Shown piece after piece: positions 40,501 to 49,500 of a DNA stretch of 64,000 nucleotides (position 1 is the first letter of the stretch; each line of letters opens with the position of its first letter). Where the stretch lies: contig JAUCBJ010001066.1 in NCBI GenBank assembly GCA_032718475.1, positions 7,066-71,065 of the forward strand, read 5' to 3'. The DNA comes from Nemertoderma westbladi. Lineage: Eukaryota; Animalia; Xenacoelomorpha. The notes beneath the pieces were generated by a model. That model ran no database searches, had not been told where the DNA came from, and was given only the letters and a program-made list of their open reading frames with translations. Both the position numbers and the translations under genes were made by a program.

Positions 40501-43500
40501 TTATCTAAATAAAATTATACGCTACCCGTACAGACTACACAAACAAAGTACAGACCAAACGCTGGCGGACTCCTATCAGGCCTAAATAAACCACAGGACA
40601 TGCAGACTCCGAAATGGTTAAGTAGTATGCATTCTAACCCAGTAGTACGACTTATTCTTTAGATGGGGGTTTACCTTACAGCTATGGCTGCCCCTACTTC
40701 CTAACCGTTCTTTATCGGACATACACTCTACATGCACTGCAATCCGTTCAGACCTAATCAACAGTTAGCCAACAGTCAAGCCTACAAATTATCTGTACAA
40801 TCTGAGCAGGCTTACACGCCTTCTGCTCAATACTGGCCTACAAATAAATAAAACTTGACAGAAACAAGTAAAATCTCAATAAAAAACCAGGGCGGCCGTC
40901 CCTGATTAATTATTAAGGCCTACCGGTATATAATTATCAAAATCGAATAATACTGATGTACCTGTACCGTAAGTACCGGTTCGGATGATCAGGCAGTCAG
41001 GCCTACTGGTTACAGCAGTACAGGTTACCGTTCGACCGGTACCGGTACTTTAGACTAGATTGCTTACACCGCAATCCAGAAGCTATATCTGTTATTGTAT
41101 GCGCTTTTAAGACCTTTGACAGTTTAACCTGCCAAATTAGGATGTCTTTTAGATTATATATATTCTTTAGCTTATGACGAGTATTTGATACACTACATTA
41201 GCCGAAGCCAGTCTATGCGCAATCATTCACCCGCTGGATATACCCGGGAGACTGAATTCGGAACTTAATGATTGATGGTGTAAGCCTACCGTATTATTCG
41301 ACTGATCATAATATATAATCTCTGACAAATATTATTCACTTTCGGGAAATATTAACAGTTCCTTTAGGACGTGGCGCTCTAAATATGTAAACAGAGTTAT
41401 GACTTAAACTAGACACAACGAAAAGGCTATAGATTCACGTATATGGCGCATTCTTTAGGAGATGCTTTGTTATCAGTTACAATCATACACAATGCTGCAC
41501 AATACTGCACACTAATCTGCCGACCTTCACTAAATTTGGTCACGTATAAAGAGAGCAACATACAATTTATGTCGGGCATATGAAATAGCATTAGATTCAC
41601 TTCAAACCACTTAACATAGGTCGCAATCGTTTATCTGTAACCGGTCTCTCTAACCTTTAGTATATCAAGAAGGTGGGGTGTCTGACTATTGATCAGTATT
41701 CCGATATAATATTTCATCAACCAATATAATGAATAACCGACAGTAAAAGCAGTAATATTAGTAATTTATGGATAGATATGGTATGTTAACTCGATTTGCA
41801 TTGGTATGGTTAGATAACAGATATACGTTCTATAATTAAGCCTACTAATGTAAAGCTAAAGAATGCTGATATACGGAGGTGCCAAAAGCCGGTGTTCTTA
41901 GGCTCTGGGCAAAAACATAACACTGAACTACTGAGTTTCTGCATCCACCTCCAACACAGAGACAAAAAACGCTCTGATTGGTCAACCGAACAACGAGAGA
42001 ACAAAGAAACAAAGAAATGTCGACGTGGCAATATCAGCTGTTAGCCGTCGTCATGGTAGCGACACTGTTTTCAAGAGTATCTAGCTTATCGCGTCACGAG
42101 ATTACGGATTATGTCCTCTAAAGTACAAATACAGAAGAAATGGCTTTTATGTCCTCTAAAACACCAGTACAGCAAGGACACGGCCTTTTTATGCCTGGTA
42201 AACCAACCACAGAGTACTTTACGGGGAAAATAACCGGCTAATTACGCAAAAGCTTTTACAGTGAATGTAGAGTAAAATAAACAAACAAAACTTTAAATAT
42301 GGCTAGAATGTTAAATTTTGATAGGTGTTCTTTTTTCAATCTCTGTATAGTAAAATTTATAATTTTAAATTTGTTGTTTTCAATATTTAGTTTTGGAAAT
42401 ATTTCTAAACAAGTTTAAAAAATTTAGAAATCACTATATTTATTTATAAATTTCACAAACATATTTAGAAAAAAAACCCTGACCGATATTACCATACCAA
42501 CACCAACGTCATGAGTTTGAGGTCATCGTCAATTAATTCATGCAGGCTTTCAATTCCCATAAACCAATAAAACGTGTTAATTGTAGGTGTGCTCATCTAA
42601 TAGCTGTATGATGTTCTGTTGGCGATTCTGATAAAAAAAATCGATAAGTCCAAAATCTGAAAATGAATAATCGACTTAAAAAGTTGCCTGTTGCATTTAT
42701 TATAATGTATATAAAGTATACTATTATTTAGTATATTTATATTTAGTATACTAAATATAGTGCATTGTGTCGGAACATTAACCAGAGTAAATAAGTGCCC
42801 AAATGTTTTATTACAGTCCATCCTGCGTATCGCATTACAGGCTAACCTGTCTGGGACAACAAATAACCTTTATGTAGGACTGGGCTCAGTTTTTGAAAAA
42901 TGTTCTCAAAAGTATGCTATCCCCAGTTTGAGCTCAATTTTGTGCTATAAATATAGTAAATGCTCACTATATAAGCTTTTAGAACCTGCAGCACTCACAA
43001 TGGCGGAGGAATCCGACCGCGATTTTATTTTGCAGTGCTATTCGCAGTCGTTGCCTTTCAAAACGCGTCATCATAGGATAGAACAATATTTTAACTGGAT
43101 AAATAAAGTTAGGGTGACGTGATTGCTGGATCGTATCCTATTTTGATTTATCGTGTACGAACTATAACTCGTAATTATTGAGTCTTTAATGAACCGAATA
43201 CAATCAGTAATTTTACCTGAACTTACGAGCATAGCTCTTTTAGATGATCCTGTTTTTATTCATTTATTATGAATGGCTTAGTAGTAGCAGTCTGTTTTAA
43301 TTATCCTCAAATGTCATATCAATTATTTTACTAACAGTGCTATTTTATATACTTCTGCTATTTGATTTTATTTTGTACTTCCCTTTTAAATTAACACAAA
43401 TAAATGCCGGCTTGTCCGGATGATGCGCCTCCATGCGCTCTGATTATTATTATTATAATGAAACATTTTACCAATATTCTTGTCTTGTGATTTACAGCAC

Positions 43501-46500
43501 TTAAGCAAAGTGTTGTGTAAGTAACGCACTATATTTTAAGCGGCGTCCTCGTCATGTTTCGTCCAATATTTAAAAAAAACAGATCAGTTTTTGACTGCTT
43601 TGTAGTGCGTCGGTTCAAAAAACGGGGTTCAAACCCCGTTTTTTTTCTAATAAATTTGAATCACCAACTGCTGAGTTAGTTTGGATTTTTGATTGAATAA
43701 ACCATTAATAATATTGAAACGGAGATACAGGTAGTATGATATCCCCAATCAGATTTGGAGACAGAGTGGGCTATTGATGCAAATCCCATCTCGGTGAATA
43801 TGAAAATATAAAATAAGGAAATAGGCGGTATGTAAAGTACTAACTATATATTCCACCAGTACAGTGTAAACCGTATCCTGCAGGTACTACAGTTAGTATT
43901 CACCGTTTTTATTTGCAGTCCGCCAGTGCCTTTACGAATTCAACGATTGCCTGGAAGGCGGCGCTAAGAAGGCTGAATGTGCGGCTTCCCATCTCAAACG
44001 AATATTTCCTGGAGTCAACGCTGTTGGTATAGAACTCAGTGTACCAATGCCGGCCCACACACTGGCTGACTCAATGGTAGAACAGGTAGGGACTCAGTGT
44101 ACCAATGCCGACCCACACACTGGCTGACTCAATGGTAGAACAGGTAGGGACTCAGTGTACCAATGCCGGCCCACACACTGGCTGACTCAATGGTAGAACA
44201 GGTAGGGAGGGACTCAGTGTACCAATGCCGGCCCACACACTGGCTGACTCAATGGTAGAACAGGTGGGGACTCAGTGTACCAATCCCGGCCCACACACTG
44301 GCTGACTCAATGGTAGAACAGGTAGGGACTCAGTGTACCAATGCCGGCCCACACACTGGCTGACTCAATGGTAGAACAGGTAGGGACTCAGTGTACCAAT
44401 GCCGGCCCACACACTGGCTGACTTAATGGTAGAACAGGTAGGGACTCAGTGTACCAATGCCGGCCCACACACTGGCTGACTCAATTGTAGAACAGGTAGG
44501 GACTCAGTGTACCAATGCCGGCCCACACACTGGCTGACGCAATGGTAGAACAGGTAGGGACTCAGTGTACCAATGCCGACCCACACACTGGCTGACTCAA
44601 TTGTAGAACAGGTGGGGACTCAGTGTACCAATCCCGGCCCACACACTGGCTGACGCAATGGTAGAACAGGTAGGGACTCAGTGTACCAGTGCCGGCCCAC
44701 ACACTGGCTGACGCAATGGTAGAACAGGTAGGGACTCAGTGTACCAATGCCGGCCCACACACTGGCTGACTCAATGGTAGAACAGGTAGGGACTCAGTGT
44801 ACCAATGCCGACCCACACACTGGCTGACTCAATTGTAGAACAGGTGGGGACTCAGTGTACCAATCCCGGCCCACACACTGGCTGACGCAATGGTAGAACA
44901 GGTAGGGACTCAGTGTACCAATGCCGGCCCACACACTGGCTGACGCAATGGTAGAACAGGTAGGGACTCAGTGTACCAATGCCGGCCCACACACTGGCTG
45001 ACTCAATGGTAGAACAGGTAGGGACTCAGTGTACCAATGCCGGCCCACACACTGGCTGACTCAATTGTAGAACAGGTGGGGACTCAGTGTACCAATCCCG
45101 GCCCACACACTGGCTGACTCAATGGTAGAACAGGTAGGGACTCAGTGTACCAATCCCGGCCCACACACTGGCTGACTCAATGGTAGAACAGGTTGGGGGT
45201 CAGTGTACCAATGCCGGCCCACACACTGGCTGACTCAATGGTAGGAGAGGTTGGGAATCAGTGTACCAATGCCGGCCCACACACTGGCTGACTCAATGGT
45301 AGAACAGGTAGGGACTCAGTGTACCAATGCCGGCCCACACACTGGCTGACTCAATGGTAGAACAGGTAGGGACTCAGTGTACCAATGCCGGCCCACACAC
45401 TGGCTGACTCAATGGTAGAACAGGTAGGGACTCAGTGTACCAATGCCGACCCACACACTGGCTGACTCAATGGTAGAACAGGTAGGGACTCAGTGTACCA
45501 ATGCCGGCCCACACACTGGCTGACTCAATGGTAGAACAGGTAGGGACTCAGTGTACCAATGCCGGCCCACACACTGGCTGACTCAATGGTAGAACAGGTA
45601 GGGACTCAGTGTACCAATGCCGGCCCACACACTGGCTGACTCAATGGTAGAACAGGTAGGGACTCAGTGTACCAATGCCGGCCCACACACTGGCTGACTC
45701 AATGGTAGAACAGGTAGGTAGGGACTCAGTGTACCAATGCCGGCCCACACACTGGCTGACTCAATGGTAGAACAGGTAGGGACTCAGTGTACCAATGCCG
45801 GCCCACACACTGGCTGACTCAATGGTAGAACAGGTAGGAACTCAGTGAGTTGTGTGACTCAGTAAATTGTTTGTTTTATAGGTGAAGCGTGATGTGCGCA
45901 CTCTAGAGGAGTTAATAAGAACTCATGATTGCATATTCTTATTAATGGATTCCAGAGAGAGCCGTTGGTTACCGACTATGTTGGCGACAGCCAATAGGAA
46001 ACTAGTGATTAACGCGGCCTTGGGATTCGATACTTATATGGTGATGCGTCATGGTGTCCCCGCTGATAATCAACTAGAAGGGGACGATAACATTATTAAC
46101 CAGGTAAAGTACAACCAAAACTCAACTGTTTTTGACACCATTAATTATTTAGATGGTGATGGACACATCAAATTGTAATTAACTAATTTAAAATTAAATG
46201 TTAGAAAATTCAGCGCATTTCACTTTACCGATTAATGCAATGTATTGACGATAGTAAAACAAATTGATCATATTATATTAGCTAATTGATTATCCTCGCA
46301 AGAGTTAATTAAAATTAGGTCAACATATCGTTTTAGAACCTATGATAGGAAAATCGATGTGTTGGTCTAGCAGCTAGGGATAGCATAGTGTGTGTGATAC
46401 CTTAATTAGTTAAAGAACAATATTGGTGATTAATGCCAGTTTGTGTGACTGTGACCAGTCTGTAACCAGGTTTATCGTCACCTATCTGCAGACTTACTGC

Positions 46501-49500
46501 CGACGTAACAATCTGTTCTACGCCGTTCCACGAACTAACCGCGTTCCTATGGTAATGACCACAGAATACGGCTGTCACTCCTGCCTGTTTGAACTTATCG
46601 AGCATCGGTTTACGGAGCTCCATCGGTAGCGAGAAATACTTCGACTTATCTGAGTTCCTTGGGGAGTCGATATCGCCAAGGTAATAGGGGATGTGTTGGA
46701 ATACTAAGGCCTGTTTACAGCCCTTGATTCCCGCCAAAACCCTGTCCACCCATTGGTCCATACCTAGCCTCTCAGCAGACGCTTTACTGTCGTCCATATA
46801 GAGCTGGGAGTTTAACACGACCATCGCAACTCCGCCCACCCAGAACGAGTAGTAATCGTCGCCGAATGTCCGCCGATACTGAGCGATAGTCTGCGGGGTT
46901 GGGGATTCCCCGACGTCGTGGTTCCCACAGACGCACAACAAGGGAACCTCGGGTCGTAGTTTACGGAACGCCGATATGAAGTCGCGTTCCATCGCCCCGC
47001 GTTGCTTCATCCACGGGTAGCCGTGGACCTGGTCCCCGCATACGATGAGGAACCGCGGCGACGGGTCCATTCGGTTTACCGTGTCGACGAGACGAGCGAC
47101 CCTCGCCAACTCCTCGTCCCACACGAGATCGTTGCGGAGTTCGCTCTGCATTCGATCCACGTTGAAGTCGTCTATGAGTCCGAGTTGCGTGTCCGCCGCT
47201 TGTATAAAACTGAAGCCACCTCTCCACTCGCCCTCACTTTCTTTACTCAATCCTATATGATCTAAGGAACGGTTGATCGCTTTGTGTTGGAGTTCCTCCA
47301 TTACTGTGTCTGACATCTGGTTGTTTTCCTATTTACTGGTTTATACTCCATTAGGCTACTCAGATAGTGGCCCTGCGAACATTGAGCTGGTAGTTGTTTT
47401 GAACGACACTAGCCGAACAAGCCTGAAATCAGATAAATAGTTTTTTTTGTTTTACTTTACGCTTTTAATGACAATTATATTACCGTGTAAATAAATATTA
47501 ACTCATAAATGGGTAAATCCCAAATGGCGGGAAATTCAAACCGATATAGTATTTCAGTATTTCAGTCTGTGTACTGTACACGTTCGTGGGGCCTTCGCGC
47601 AGCACGAGGCCCAGTTATGAGATACAAATTAAAATTGAGCGACTGTATCACAAAATCAGGTTTTGAGAAATTTACCCACACCACCAATCAATCAAAGAAA
47701 GGGTGACAGTACGTGTTCACCCCTTTTAATCCCCCCCCCCCCACCCTTCCCAACCACCAATACATAACCGCGACATCTACCACCCACGGAAGGGTAGCAC
47801 GAACTTATTTCCAATCGCACGTTCAATATGCAAAGCCAGGTGGTTTATAGGAATATAATAAACGCAGTACTCGTTTTCATTATAAGCCTCGTTGCGTTCG
47901 TCCTGTTTTGTATTTAAATATATTTCTTAAACGCAGGCTAGGACGATCTTTATAATAATAATAACTAGGGATGCGATCAATATGTGAAGCCAGGTGGTTT
48001 ATATAATAATTTAGTCAACGCAGTACTCGTCTTCATTATATGCCTCGTTGCGCTCGTCGCTTGTCCTGTTTTGTCATAAAATATTTTTCCTAAACGCAGA
48101 CTGACGATCTTTATACAGTTATAACTATGCGAAGTTTCGAAACTGTGCGAGTAACTGTTGATACATCTATGTGGAGATGTGTGATATGTGGAGATGTGTG
48201 ATACAACGCCAACGCATCTTATGCCGATGTAGTAATATGGGTATTGAAATAATATTAAATCAATGTACACTCTTAAAGCTGCAGCGAAAAAATGTAGCTA
48301 ATTTCCTAGGTTACATATAAAATAATAATATTATTTTTAAGAACATTAATTTTACTACTTTGCAAAAATTCAATTAAAAAATAACCAGACATATACATTG
48401 TGGAATAAACTATTTCAGAAGCCTACAACAGCCATGCCATGGATTGTATTTATGTTATTATATCTGTCATTTACCTGAGATAGCAATAGTAGTAGTAGTC
48501 GAACGGTTATGCGGCCCGTCCAGCCTATAATAAACACAATTCAGTGATAGTGATAATAATACAACACTTATAGTAGAGTCAATAGGAATTGGAATACAGG
48601 AAGGATGTTGGGATGTTGGATTTAAAGAATGCTGTCTGGGCTGGAATAGCAATACTGGTTGCCTATTACAATTCCTCTCTGGTTAGTCTACAGCCACAAC
48701 TCCCAGCTAGCTAGCTCCACACCAGCAGAGACTTGACCAATAATGGGAAGGATTAAATTTGTACTCAATAATTGTGCCGTTTAATTACGTTTAGATCAAT
48801 TAAAGACACATTTATTAAAGCAAATCACTTGAACTAATTAAAAACTATAATAGAATGGCGTATGTGGATTACATCTGTATAATTTTTAAGTATAATTATT
48901 TAAATCTTATACTGTAAAACAATTAATTTCCTTTAAAAGGCAGGTTGAAAATGGTGTTTTCACCGTAATCAACTTAATTAACTAATTAACTGCTATTATC
49001 TTAGCTTCTCGAAGGCCACACGGAAATTCTACTTGGAAAATTTCTAAACTTTTGCCAAACAACATGTGTACCAAGTTTGGATAGATTTCATCAAAGATTG
49101 GCCGAGTTATTAACGTTTAAAATTGAACGCGACAGAACGACAGGTTGATTAATGGTACCACTACGCTAAGGCTCACTCACTTCGTGGCTCGCCCCACATG
49201 GGACCTATCGATGCCAGTGGACGTCATGGACTACCCCCCATGCCCCCCCCCCCCCCCCCCCCGCATATCATCGCATAATCCATTTAGAATTCTCAAATCA
49301 GGCATGGAATCCATGGCAGCTGCACGATATTGATTTGCCTGAGGACGTTCAGGGCAAATTTGTTAGGAATATTTCAGGTCTGACGGGATAGCTTATGATG
49401 ATAAATTAGCTCAGATCGGTCTTACAACTCTATCAGATCGGAGAAAATGGGGTGATGTGATTCAAACCTTCAAAATTATCAACAGTATAGATAATGTTGA

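Larger units (their letters stand above)
23264..42260 (-). mobile_element. BEL/Pao-family LTR retrotransposon, non-autonomous, in ATG7 intron 3
   Basis: Two direct repeats with TG...CA ends; 5-bp TSD GTGAA at 23259-23263 and 42261-42265; BEL-type gag, three Cys/His knuckles and protease on the minus strand; purine tract GGGAGCGG (minus) next to the 3' LTR. Confidence 0.93.

Noticed and set aside
42760-43122. 120-aa ORF in ATG7 intron 3 as a missing ATG7 exon
   Set aside because: Exons 3 and 4 already join seamlessly (SNP-VRQ); no recognisable homology.
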